From assembly GCA_046483385.1 (NCBI GenBank), contig JAWODG010000152.1:9744-73743 (forward strand): a stretch of 64,000 nt of DNA, in the 5' to 3' direction. The position numbers and the translations under genes were made by a program. Under the pieces are notes generated by a model. That model saw only the letters and a list, made by a program, of their open reading frames with translations, had not been told where the DNA came from and searched no databases. The DNA comes from Candidatus Brocadiia bacterium (GTDB taxonomy: Bacteria; Planctomycetota; Brocadiia; SM23-32). Every line of letters starts with the position of its first letter. Within the stretch, counting starts at the first letter, position 1. Shown here one piece after another: positions 24,636 through 33,706 of this stretch.

Positions 24636-25499
24636 ATGGCGTCCGATTCACGGTTGTTTGTGGCCCTTACCGTTGACGTGGATCCGGACGCCAACCGCGC
24701 CGTCGAGGGACGGCCCGACGCCGTAAGCCCCGAGGGAGAGGCCACTTTCAACGCCACGCTGGAAGGCCTACGCGACCTGCGAGGTGTTCTTCAGGACCGC
24801 GTGCTGCCCGCCACCTTTTTCTGGGAGGGCCGCACGCTGCACGAGCTGGCGGTCCGGGATGCTCGGCTGATCGACAGTTTGCGGCGAAACCGGGCGTTGG
24901 AACACGGATGCCACGGTTACCAGCACGAGGACTTCGCGGGAAGGGAAAGCGGTCGGGCGCTCTCCCTGGAGCAAATACGAGGGGCTTTGCAGAAGGCGGA
25001 AGCCGCCGTCCAGGAGCATCTTGGCGACCGTCCCACGGCTTTCCGAGCCCCCTACTGTCGCCTGACCGACGAGCTTGTACAGGTGCTCGACGAACGCAAT
25101 TACACGTACGACGCCAGCCTGACGCGTCGAGCCGGGGCGGACTGGTCGCTTCGGCCCCGGCGCCTGCGGGACGGCCCCGTGTGGGAGCTTGCGCTCTGCC
25201 AGGCCTCAGACCGGGACGGCCGGGCCATCTCCGGCTACCTCTGGCAGCTTCTGGAAGGCAATCGGCCCGTGGACGACTACGTGCGGATGGTGGGGGAGCT
25301 GGTCGGCCCTTGCGGGGGCGGTCTGCTTCAGATAGCGCTCCACCCCTGGCACCTGCGGGTGAAGGCCGACGGCTGCCCAGCGGACGAAGCCAACGCGGAT
25401 ATGGTGGCCGGATTACTCGATGAGATAGGGGCTATCGATGGGGTTTGCTTGACCACGAACGCCGGCTACCTGGCCCGTTTCGAGCGCAGCAAGGTTTGA
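24636..25499 (+). CDS. Polysaccharide deacetylase family protein (CE4-like)
   Basis: ORF 24516..25499 trimmed to the ATG at 24636. It has an Asp-rich first strand (LTVDVDPDANR) and a His motif (GCHGYQHEDF), resembling the NodB-fold metal site. No signal peptide is present. Confidence 0.55.
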   Translation: MASDSRLFVALTVDVDPDANRAVEGRPDAVSPEGEATFNATLEGLRDLRGVLQDRVLPATFFWEGRTLHELAVRDARLIDSLRRNRALEHGCHGYQHEDFAGRESGRALSLEQIRGALQKAEAAVQEHLGDRPTAFRAPYCRLTDELVQVLDERNYTYDASLTRRAGADWSLRPRRLRDGPVWELALCQASDRDGRAISGYLWQLLEGNRPVDDYVRMVGELVGPCGGGLLQIALHPWHLRVKADGCPADEANADMVAGLLDEIGAIDGVCLTTNAGYLARFERSKV

Positions 25500-25524
25500 C
25501 ACTTCCCGGGTGTCTGCCTATAAT
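25496..25524 (+). promoter_or_regulatory. Exact consensus sigma70 promoter (TTGACA-N17-TATAAT)
   Basis: Both hexamers are perfect and the spacing is 17 nt. The -35 hexamer overlaps the TGA stop (25497-25499) of the deacetylase gene. Confidence 0.65.
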
Positions 25525-25565
25525 GAGGAAGCGCGTCAGAGTCCGTTGTGGAGTGCATCTGGGGC

Positions 25566-26000
25566 ATGAGAATGGAACCGGCCGACCTGGCCCGGAAGTT
25601 GTCCGCCGTGCAGAACCAACTGCGACAGGAGTTATTCGAAGAACTCCAGGAGCACGGCGAGGATATCGAAAGCATCTTCGATCCCTACTCCTATTCGCCG
25701 CTCACCCATGACCTGCGTGACAAGTATCTCAGCCGCTTGCACCTGATACAGGCCATCCTGCAGCAGCTTGCCCATTACAGCCAGGGCAAGCGCAAGAACG
25801 CGACCCGCGTGGTGAGCGTCACAGCGCCCGACCGGTCGGAGCTGGTGCGGCAGGTGAACCACAAGCTGACCCGATTGAACGGCGCCAAGGTCCGCGACGT
25901 CAAGTTCATGCAGGGCGAGGACGGTGGCTGGTCCGCGCTCATCACCTACGACCTGAATCCCTTCAAGGGCGAGACCGACGAGCCGGCCGCCATCACTTGA
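25566..26000 (+). CDS. Hypothetical protein (orphan, ~144 aa)
   Basis: ORF 25548..26000. Possible starts are GTG 25548, ATG 25566 and ATG 25572. Codon third positions are GC-rich. The N-terminal half is helical and the C-terminal half is a compact alpha/beta-like domain. I recognise no family. Confidence 0.55.
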   Translation: MRMEPADLARKLSAVQNQLRQELFEELQEHGEDIESIFDPYSYSPLTHDLRDKYLSRLHLIQAILQQLAHYSQGKRKNATRVVSVTAPDRSELVRQVNHKLTRLNGAKVRDVKFMQGEDGGWSALITYDLNPFKGETDEPAAIT

Positions 26001-26104
26001 CCGCGTGGCGCCCGGCTTCCCCTTTCCGACCGGTCTTCCTTGCCGACCCACGGTTCATGTGGTAGTTTCCCCTGTCCGCCGCTACATTTCCCGGGGAACC
26101 CGGC

Positions 26105-26677
26105 ATGGAACAGGAGCCTGCGTCAGGACCGCCGGAGTTGCCGTGCCTGGCCTCCGAACAGCAACTACGCGGGGCGGTGCGTCGGCTGGCGGCCGAGATC
26201 GCGGCCGATCACGGCGAGAGCAAGCCGCTGGTCATCCTGGGCGTGCTCAAAGGCGTCGTCATCTTCCTGGCCGACCTGGTGCGACAACTTCCTATGCCGT
26301 TGGAGATCGAGTTCGTGAAGGCCCGCAGCTATCGTGGCACGCGGCAGCAAGCGGTGGAGGTCCTTGACGACCTCGACGACCTGGGACTGGCCGGCAAGGA
26401 CGTGCTGCTGCTCGACTGCGTGCTGGACACGGGACGGACTCTGGCGAGACTGCGGAACGAAGTCGAACGGCGGGAGCCCGCCGACGTGAAGACGTGTGTG
26501 CTGCTGAGCAAGCAATGCGCGCGGCTGGCGCCCGTGGACCCGGAGTACGTCGGGCTCGAAATACCCGACGTGTTCGTGGTCGGCTACGGGCTGGACCACG
26601 ATAACCGCTGGCGCCACCTGCCTTACGTGGCGGAGTTGAAGAGCGAAGAGCATAGCGGAGAGGACAAGAAGGCATGA
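26105..26677 (+). CDS. hpt: Hypoxanthine phosphoribosyltransferase
   Basis: It contains LVILGVLKGVVIFLADLVRQL, the PRPP-binding motif VLLLDCVLDTGRTL, and C-terminal VVGYGLDHDNRWRHLPYV. Confidence 0.85.
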   Translation: MEQEPASGPPELPCLASEQQLRGAVRRLAAEIAADHGESKPLVILGVLKGVVIFLADLVRQLPMPLEIEFVKARSYRGTRQQAVEVLDDLDDLGLAGKDVLLLDCVLDTGRTLARLRNEVERREPADVKTCVLLSKQCARLAPVDPEYVGLEIPDVFVVGYGLDHDNRWRHLPYVAELKSEEHSGEDKKA

Positions 26678-27588
26678 CCAGGAAACCGGCTGTCGGCATC
26701 GACCTGGGCGGGACCAAGATCCACGCGGGCGTGGTGGCGCCCGGAGGCGAGACACTCGGCGAGGTCCGCGTGCCCACCGAGCCCGACAAGGAAACGGACG
26801 TCGTGGTGGGGAACATGGTGGCCGCCGCGCGGCAAGCTATGGAAAAAGCCGGCCTGGGCCAAGAGGACATTGACGGCGTCGGGCTGGGGTCACCCGCCCC
26901 GCTGGACATAAAGGCCGGCATCCTCATCAGCCCGAACAACCTGCCCTCCCTGCACGGATGCCCCATCGTAGAACGGCTTACGGAGGAACTGGGCATTCCC
27001 GTCACGCTGGACAACGACGCCAACTGCCTGGGACTGGCCGAGGCCCGCTTCGGGGCCGGCAGGGGCGCCGAGGTCTGCTGCGGTCTCACGCTGGGAACCG
27101 GCATGGGCGCCTTCATGGTCATCCGCGGAGAGGTATACGGCGGTCCACACGGGGCCGGCGTCGAGATCTGGTGCTCCCCCCACCAGGGGGACTTCGTCGA
27201 GGAGAAGGTCTCCGGCCGGGGTATCGCACGCACCTACTTCAAGCTGACGGAGAGGGAAGCCTCCGCCCGCGAACTGGCCGACATGGCCCGGGAGGGGGAC
27301 GCACAGGCCATCGAGACGTGGCAGGAGTTCGCCCGAAACACGGCGGTCTCGGTCGCCTGGCTGAGCAACACCGGGGACCCGGACGTCTTCGTGCTCGGCG
27401 GCTCCATCGCCAAGGCGTGGGACCTGTTCGGGGAAACGCTGGTGCGGGAGGCCCGCAAGTATATCAACGAAGTGACCCGCAACGCGCTTCGCATCGTGCC
27501 CGCAGAGCTGGGCGACGCCGCCGGCATGCTCGGCGCGGCCGCGCTCGTGCTCCAACCCGACCCCGCTGACTTTCTGCCCAACGAGTGA
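26674..27588 (+). CDS. ROK family sugar kinase (glucokinase-like)
   Basis: An ATGA overlap joins it to hpt. It has the N-terminal GIDLGGTKIHAGVV, plus DNDANCLGLAE and GLTLGTGMG. I did not see an obvious CxCGxxGC zinc motif. Confidence 0.78.
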   Translation: MTRKPAVGIDLGGTKIHAGVVAPGGETLGEVRVPTEPDKETDVVVGNMVAAARQAMEKAGLGQEDIDGVGLGSPAPLDIKAGILISPNNLPSLHGCPIVERLTEELGIPVTLDNDANCLGLAEARFGAGRGAEVCCGLTLGTGMGAFMVIRGEVYGGPHGAGVEIWCSPHQGDFVEEKVSGRGIARTYFKLTEREASARELADMAREGDAQAIETWQEFARNTAVSVAWLSNTGDPDVFVLGGSIAKAWDLFGETLVREARKYINEVTRNALRIVPAELGDAAGMLGAAALVLQPDPADFLPNE

Positions 27589-28460
27589 TGAACGGCGATC
27601 CCGAACGCATCCTGGTGACGGCCGACCTTCACTTCGGCCTTTACACGGCCGGCGACGAGTGCAACCTGAAGCTGGCCGAGTTCGTGCGCCACTCCGACGC
27701 CGACGTTTTCGCCCTGTGCGGCGACGTGGCGGACGCCGACACCGACTGCTTCAAGGCCTGCCTCGACCTGTTCGCCAGCTTCCGGGGACTGAAGCTGCTG
27801 GTCCCCGGCAACCACGACCTGTGGACCGCGGGCAGCGACAGCGCCGAGAAATACCGCAAAGTGCTGCCGGCCCTGGCGGCCGACTGCGGGTTCAGCATGC
27901 TGGACACCGGGCCGGAGGTGGCGGGCCGGTTCGGCTTCATCGGCAACATCGGGTGGTACGACTACAGCTTCCGCAACAAGCAGCTCAACGTGCCCCTGCA
28001 CCAGTACGAGGACAAGGAGCTGCCCGGCGTCTGCGTGTGGAACGACAGCCGATTCATCGACTGGGACATGACCGACCGGGAGTTCACCGATAAGTGCGTG
28101 CGCAAGCTGCTGAGCGCCTACCGCGCGGTGGAGGAACGCGTCCACACCGTTATCGCGCTGCTGCACCACGTGCCGTTCGAGGAACTGCTCTACGACCACT
28201 CCAACGCGGCCTTCGAGTTCTGCCGCGCCTACATGGGCTCGGAGCGGTTCGGCCGCCTGCTGCTGGACTGCCCCAAGGTGCGCTACGTTTTCTGCGGACA
28301 CCGCCACGGCCCCGACGAGACCCAGATCAACGGCACGCGCGCCTTCACCATCGGAAGCGAGTACCAGATGAAAAGGCTCATCGATCTCGACCTGACCACC
28401 GGCGAGCACACGGTGCACCTGTTCAGGCCCGACGACGAAACCCCCGAAGGGAATGGTTGA
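27588..28460 (+). CDS. Metallophosphoesterase family protein
   Basis: A TGATG overlap joins it to the ROK gene (an alternative GTG start is at 27585). The motifs DLHFG, CGDVAD, PGNHDLW and GHRHG match calcineurin-like phosphoesterases. Confidence 0.75.
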   Translation: MNGDPERILVTADLHFGLYTAGDECNLKLAEFVRHSDADVFALCGDVADADTDCFKACLDLFASFRGLKLLVPGNHDLWTAGSDSAEKYRKVLPALAADCGFSMLDTGPEVAGRFGFIGNIGWYDYSFRNKQLNVPLHQYEDKELPGVCVWNDSRFIDWDMTDREFTDKCVRKLLSAYRAVEERVHTVIALLHHVPFEELLYDHSNAAFEFCRAYMGSERFGRLLLDCPKVRYVFCGHRHGPDETQINGTRAFTIGSEYQMKRLIDLDLTTGEHTVHLFRPDDETPEGNG

Positions 28461-28474
28461 GCGCGGAGGCGACC

Positions 28475-29560
28475 GTGAACGACAGAGACCGTTTCGTCGG
28501 CTGCCTGCTGGGCAAGGAGGTGGACCGCCCCCCGTACTGGCTGCGCTGGAGCCCCTGGGCAACCACACGCCGGCGGTGGGAGCGCGAGGGCAAACCGCCC
28601 GGCATCCAGTACCGCGACCCCTTCAACCCGGACGCCGTCCCGCAGGAAGTGCCCGTCGAGCTCGGTCCCTACCCACCTTTCCAGCGGGAAGTGATCGAGG
28701 AAGACCAGGACTACGTCACCTTCATCGACCGCTGGGGCATCAAGCGGCGGGACTACAAGGGCGGCACGTCCATGTCCCAGTTCCTCGAGTTCCCGATCAA
28801 GAACCGGGACGACTGGGAGCGCTACAGGGAGGAGCGGCTCGACCCGGAAGACCCGGGCCGCCTGGCCGGCGACTGGCGCGAGCGATGCGCCGAATGGATG
28901 GAGAAAGGATGGCCGATCCAACTGGGTAACTACCCCGACGTCACGCTCTACGGCGGGACCCGCTGGCTGCTGGGCGACGAGGAGTGCCTGCTGGCCTTCT
29001 ACACCATGCCCGATCTGGTCCACGACATCATGGACCACCTGACCGACCTGTACCTCGCCGTCTTCGAGCGGGTGGTGGAGCACGTCCGGGTGGACGTCAT
29101 CCACATCTGGGAGGACATGTGCGGCCGGCAGGGGCCGCTCATCTCCCCGGACCACTGGCGCGAGTTCATGGGGCCCAACTACCGGCGCATCAAGCAGTTC
29201 GCCGACCGGCACGACATACCCCTCATCTCGGTGGACACCGACGGCTACCCCGACCCGATAATCCCCACGATGATGGAGGCGGGGGTCAACTACCTTTGGC
29301 CATTCGAGGTGGCGGCCGGTTGCGACGTGAACGTATTCGGGGCGAGATACCCCACGCTCGGCATGATGGGCGGCATCGACAAGCGTGCGCTGGCGGAGGG
29401 CCCGGAGGCCATCGACGCCGAACTGGAGCGCGTCCGCCCCGCCGTCGAGGCGGGACGCTACATCCCGGCGCTCGACCACTGCGTGCCCGACGACGTCTCG
29501 TGGCACAACTACTCCCACTACGCGGAAGCCCTGCGGGAGCTGGTGGGCAAGCAGGTCTGA
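28475..29560 (+). CDS. Uroporphyrinogen decarboxylase (URO-D) family protein of unknown specificity
   Basis: ORF 28094..29560 trimmed to the GTG at 28475 (GGAGG lies 6 nt upstream). It contains DRFVGCLLGKEVDRPPYW, IHIWEDMCGRQGPLISP and ISVDTDGY, which resemble URO-D/MtaA-like TIM barrels. Confidence 0.65.
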   Translation: MNDRDRFVGCLLGKEVDRPPYWLRWSPWATTRRRWEREGKPPGIQYRDPFNPDAVPQEVPVELGPYPPFQREVIEEDQDYVTFIDRWGIKRRDYKGGTSMSQFLEFPIKNRDDWERYREERLDPEDPGRLAGDWRERCAEWMEKGWPIQLGNYPDVTLYGGTRWLLGDEECLLAFYTMPDLVHDIMDHLTDLYLAVFERVVEHVRVDVIHIWEDMCGRQGPLISPDHWREFMGPNYRRIKQFADRHDIPLISVDTDGYPDPIIPTMMEAGVNYLWPFEVAAGCDVNVFGARYPTLGMMGGIDKRALAEGPEAIDAELERVRPAVEAGRYIPALDHCVPDDVSWHNYSHYAEALRELVGKQV

Positions 29561-29699
29561 TCGCGCCCGGCTTCCCGAACCGGGGGACACGGGAAAGCCC
29601 GGCTGGCGGCCGCCCATTTCAGCGGCCGCTCGGGCAGGTGCAGGGTGTTCCCAGGGCCGTTCGCGTCCTCGGCAGCACGTAACGGTATCGAAGGGAAAC

Positions 29700-29755
29700 G
29701 TCGCACCGCGGGGGGGCCGCTCACCACGCGGTCCGGGGGAAGCCGGCGTCCCCGG
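29700..29755. repeat. Fragment of the REP-like element family, 3' of sulfatase gene 2
   Basis: The exact 18-mer GTCCGGGGGAAGCCGGCG (29731-29748) is shared with 21823-21840. It ends 12 nt before the stop-codon complement at 29761. Confidence 0.4.
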
Positions 29756-29760
29756 CGCGC

Positions 29761-31212
29761 CTATCGGGGCAGGTCCAGCCGCTCGAACTGCTCCGGCGGG
29801 GCTTCGTTCTCCTCCATCAGCCTCACCATGTGCTCGACCATCCGCTGCTCCACGTCCGCATCCCCGATGGGACTCTCCTGACCGGGGTCGGTCTCCATGT
29901 CGAACAGCAGGGTGCCCTGTTCGTGCGCGTTCCTGCGCCCCCCGGACGGGCACTTCAGGACCGGCATGTCTTTCGTAAAGCTGAACGGAGGGGCCAGCTC
30001 CGCCTCCCGCAACTCACCCGGCCCGAAGAACCCTCGCATGTGCGTGGGCATCAGCGTGTAGTTGTAAAGCGGGGCGTTGTCCGCGTTCGCCGGGGCGCGC
30101 ATATAGACGTATCGCCCGTCGGTGCAGTTCACGTGCGCGCCGTGGATGCCGAACAGGCACGCCTCCCGCACCGGCTCGTCGTCCGCCAGCGCCCCCCGCA
30201 GGGGCACGCCCTGCATGTCCGGCGGTCGGTCGATGCCGAAGAACTCCAGTATGGTGGCGGGCATGTCGATCATCTGCACGAGGGCGTCGCACTCGGCGCC
30301 CTGCCGCCCGCTGCGCGGGTCCCAGATGAAGAGCGGCACATGAGCTATCTCGTCGTAAAACGGCTGGTGCATCTTCGCCCAGAAGCCATGCTCGCCCAGC
30401 ATGAAGCCGTGGTCGGTGTTGACGATCAGCAGCGTGTCGTCCCACAGGCCGTGCCGGTCCATCAGGTCCAGCACGCGGCCCAACTGCGCGTCGCACATGC
30501 TCAGCAGCGCCGCGTAGAGGTAGCGGCAGTGCCGCACCAGTTCGGGCTCCTCCCGCACCTCCCGGTACGGCGGCCAGTCGAAATCGAACTTGCCGAAGTC
30601 GTAGTCGTAGAGCGCCTGATAGTTCTCGTGGCTGAAGAACGGCTCGTGGGGATCGAATGTCTCCACGTGCAGGAACCAATCGTCCTGGTCGTGGTTGGCC
30701 TCGATGAACTCCAGCCCGGCGGCGAACGTTTTGGCAACGGGCCAGTCGTCTTCTGACTCCATGTGATGACGGTTGACCGGCTCCTGCTGGCGCGTGCCGC
30801 TTCGGTCGGACGGACGTATGGACGGATCGAGATCCCCCTTCCACGGGTCGCCCTGGTTGCCGCGCGATATCTCCCAGGTGCGGTAGCGCGTGTGGTAGGT
30901 CGCCCCGCCGTCCTCCCAGTAGTGCATGTGGTCGCTGGCCAGGTGCGTGTGCACGCCGTTCGCGCGGAGCAGTTCCGGCATGGAATCATCGAAGGGCTCC
31001 ATTGGCCCCCAAGAGCGGTGCAGGAAGTTGTAGCGGCCCGTGTGCAGTTCCCGGCGGGCCGGCATGCACGGGGCGCTGCCCACGTAGCAGTTGCTGAACC
31101 GGACCGTCCGCTCGGCCAGCCGACGGAAGTTCGGCGCGTGCACCCAGTCGCAGCCGTAGGGCGGCAGGAAGGCGCGGTTGAGCGTGTCGAACATCAGCAT
31201 GATCGCTTTCAT
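29761..31212 (-). CDS. Sulfatase (Cys-type), no signal peptide
   Basis: ORF 29761..31242 trimmed to the ATG at 31212. It begins MKAIMLMFDTLN and has the C-x-P-A-R signature in SAPCMPARRELHTGRYN, plus later NTDHG. Confidence 0.85.
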   Translation of the reverse strand: MKAIMLMFDTLNRAFLPPYGCDWVHAPNFRRLAERTVRFSNCYVGSAPCMPARRELHTGRYNFLHRSWGPMEPFDDSMPELLRANGVHTHLASDHMHYWEDGGATYHTRYRTWEISRGNQGDPWKGDLDPSIRPSDRSGTRQQEPVNRHHMESEDDWPVAKTFAAGLEFIEANHDQDDWFLHVETFDPHEPFFSHENYQALYDYDFGKFDFDWPPYREVREEPELVRHCRYLYAALLSMCDAQLGRVLDLMDRHGLWDDTLLIVNTDHGFMLGEHGFWAKMHQPFYDEIAHVPLFIWDPRSGRQGAECDALVQMIDMPATILEFFGIDRPPDMQGVPLRGALADDEPVREACLFGIHGAHVNCTDGRYVYMRAPANADNAPLYNYTLMPTHMRGFFGPGELREAELAPPFSFTKDMPVLKCPSGGRRNAHEQGTLLFDMETDPGQESPIGDADVEQRMVEHMVRLMEENEAPPEQFERLDLPR

Positions 31213-31256
31213 GGACCGTTCCCCACTCGGAGTCTGGAACACGGAATGAGGACGTG

Positions 31257-31285
31257 ATTCTGACGGGCGCCTCGTGTCGTGTCAA
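31257..31285 (-). promoter_or_regulatory. Sigma70-like promoter for sulfatase gene 2
   Basis: The minus strand reads TTGACA-N17-CAGAAT, about 45 nt upstream of the ATG at 31212. Confidence 0.35.
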
Positions 31286-31395
31286 CCCGGCACATCCGGC
31301 GGCGGAGATATAGAGTCGTCTCGACGTTTGCAAACTCGAGTATCCTCAACTACCCTGCCCCGAGGTTCGCAAATCTCTGCACAGGTTGAAGCGCT

Positions 31396-32454
31396 ATGAG
31401 CAAGGTGAGGATCGGTTTCGTCGGCGTCGGCACCATGGGCCAGATGGCCCACCTGCGCAACTACGCCGTTCTGGAAGACTGTGAGGTTGTCGCGCTGGCC
31501 GACCCCCGGGCCGAGACGGTCGCCCGGGTGGCCGAGCGCTACGGCGTGCCCACGACGTACAGCGACCATCACGCCCTTCTGGACGCGGAGGAACTGGATG
31601 GCGTGGTGGCCGTGCTCCCCTTCAACCGGCACGCCGCCGTTCTGCCGGACCTCTACGGACGGGTTCCCTGCCTGTTCACCGAGAAGCCTCTGGCCGTGGG
31701 CGTGGAAGCCGGGCGGCGACTGGCCCGAGCGGCCGAAGAAGCCGGCTGCGTCCACATGGTGGGCTATCACAAGCGGTCCGACCCGGCCACCGAACGTGCC
31801 ATTGAGGTGCTGAGCCGATGGCGGAGCACCGGCGAGGTGGGCGCCTTGCGCTACGTGCGCATCACGATGCCGCCGGGTGAATGGGTGCAGGGCGGCTTCA
31901 CCGGCCTGATCGATGAGGGCGAGACAAAGCCGTCCGATGCAACGGAACCACCGCCGGACGACATGCCGGAGGAGCAGGCGCAGGATTACGTGGCGTTCGT
32001 CAACTACTACATCCACCAGGTCAATCTGCTCCGGCACCTGATGGGCGAACCGTATCGCGTAACGCATGCCGATGAATCGGGAGTGCTGCTGGTCGCCGAG
32101 GGCGAGTCCGGCACCGCGGGCGTCATCGAGATGGCCCCCTATCGAACCAGCCGGACGTGGGAGGAATCCGCGCTGGTGGCCTTTGAACGGGGCTACGTTC
32201 ACCTTGAACTGCCCGCGCCGATGGCGCTGAACCGGGCGGGCAGTGTCGAAGTTTACCAAGACCCGGAGGACGAGGAGCCGCAGCGCCTGCGACCGGTGCT
32301 TCCGCCCGTGCACGCTATGCGCCGCCAGGCGGAGAACTTCGTGACCGTCTGCCGGGGCGACAAAGATCCGCCCTGTGCGCCGGAGGAAGCCGTGGAAGAC
32401 CTGGTGGTAGCCAGGGACTACATTCGCATGCGCTTCGGCACCCAGACCGACTGA
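31396..32454 (+). CDS. Gfo/Idh/MocA family oxidoreductase
   Basis: It has the N-terminal Rossmann motif VRIGFVGVGTMGQMAHLRNY and the EKP motif (LFTEKPLA), and is 352 aa long. Confidence 0.85.
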   Translation: MSKVRIGFVGVGTMGQMAHLRNYAVLEDCEVVALADPRAETVARVAERYGVPTTYSDHHALLDAEELDGVVAVLPFNRHAAVLPDLYGRVPCLFTEKPLAVGVEAGRRLARAAEEAGCVHMVGYHKRSDPATERAIEVLSRWRSTGEVGALRYVRITMPPGEWVQGGFTGLIDEGETKPSDATEPPPDDMPEEQAQDYVAFVNYYIHQVNLLRHLMGEPYRVTHADESGVLLVAEGESGTAGVIEMAPYRTSRTWEESALVAFERGYVHLELPAPMALNRAGSVEVYQDPEDEEPQRLRPVLPPVHAMRRQAENFVTVCRGDKDPPCAPEEAVEDLVVARDYIRMRFGTQTD

Positions 32455-32469
32455 GGGAGGAACAACGGG

Positions 32470-33573
32470 ATGCCACCCCTGCACTTCGACAAAACGCTGA
32501 TCGCCGATGAGAGGTACGAAGCCGCCGCCGTCTTCGACGTGGACAATGACGGCGTGCCGGACATCGTGAGCGGGACCTACTGGTACCCCGGCCCCGACTT
32601 CGACCGGAAGTGCCGCGTGGGCGACGTGGCGGCCCACGGGGAGTATTTCGACCAGTTCGCCGTCATCCCGCTCGACGTCAACGGCAACGGCTACGTGGAT
32701 TTCGTCACGGGCGGCTGGTTCGGCAACACGGTGCGCTGGCGCGAGAACCCGAAGGGCGAGCCGGACGCCGAATGGCCCGAGCACGTCATCGCGGAGGTCG
32801 GCAACGTGGAGGCCGTCCTCGCGTGGGACCTGGACGGCGACGGCATCGTCGAGATCGTGCCGAACACCCCGGGCGGACCCCAGCGCATCTACAAACTGGA
32901 GACCGACGACCAGGGCCGCGGACAGGCGACCTTCAGCGAGCACGTCATCTGCGACGGGCCCACGGGCCACGGACTGGGATTCGGCGACATCAACGGCAAC
33001 GGTCGGCCGGACATCGTGCTACACAACGGGTGGCTGGAGGCGCCCGATGCGGGCCTGGACGACGAATGGGTCTTCCATCCGGAATTCGACCTCGGCTCGG
33101 CGAGCTGCCCTGTCATCGTGGCCGACGTGAACGGGGACGGACTGAACGACATCATCGTGGGGCAGTCCCACGGCTACGGGCTCGACTGGTGGGAGCAGCG
33201 CCTGGTGGACGGACGCCGCACCTGGCACCGCCACCCCATCGATCCGTTGAACAGCCAGTACCACTGCCTCTGGTGGGGCGACCTGGACGACGACGGCGAG
33301 CCGGAACTGGTGACCGGCACGCGCTATCGGGCCCATTGCGGGCATGACCCGGGCGCCTACGACGCCGTCGGCATCTACTACTTCAAGTGGACCGGAGAGG
33401 GATTCGCCAAGCAGGTCGTTGACTTCGGCCCGCCGCGGCAGGGCACCGGCTGCGGGATTTGGTTCGACGTGGCCGACGTAACCGGCGACGAACGCCCGGA
33501 CGTCATCGCCCCCGGCAAGGACGGGCTCTACCTCTTCCGCAACAGGGGTTTCGCGCAGCCGATGGGGGACTGA
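32470..33573 (+). CDS. FG-GAP/VCBS repeat protein (predicted 7-bladed beta-propeller), no signal peptide
   Basis: There are seven Ca-binding-like repeats: DVDNDGVPDIV, DVNGNGYVDFV, DLDGDGIVEIV, DINGNGRPDIV, DVNGDGLNDII, DLDDDGEPELV and DVTGDERPDVI. Confidence 0.72.
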   Translation: MPPLHFDKTLIADERYEAAAVFDVDNDGVPDIVSGTYWYPGPDFDRKCRVGDVAAHGEYFDQFAVIPLDVNGNGYVDFVTGGWFGNTVRWRENPKGEPDAEWPEHVIAEVGNVEAVLAWDLDGDGIVEIVPNTPGGPQRIYKLETDDQGRGQATFSEHVICDGPTGHGLGFGDINGNGRPDIVLHNGWLEAPDAGLDDEWVFHPEFDLGSASCPVIVADVNGDGLNDIIVGQSHGYGLDWWEQRLVDGRRTWHRHPIDPLNSQYHCLWWGDLDDDGEPELVTGTRYRAHCGHDPGAYDAVGIYYFKWTGEGFAKQVVDFGPPRQGTGCGIWFDVADVTGDERPDVIAPGKDGLYLFRNRGFAQPMGD

Positions 33574-33645
33574 GCGTCCGCGTTGCGCCGTCTCATTCCC
33601 CTCAGCACCTGACGAACGATGGGTTCCCTCCCCAGGCATGTATGC

Positions 33646-33673
33646 TTGCCTGGCCGGCCGTACGGGATAAAAT
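33646..33673 (+). promoter_or_regulatory. Sigma70-like promoter for the small hypothetical gene
   Basis: TTGCCT-N16-TAAAAT, about 35 nt upstream of the ATG at 33707. Confidence 0.45.
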
Positions 33674-33706
33674 GGCCTTTTGGTCTCAGCGCCTCCGAGA
33701 GGGCGG

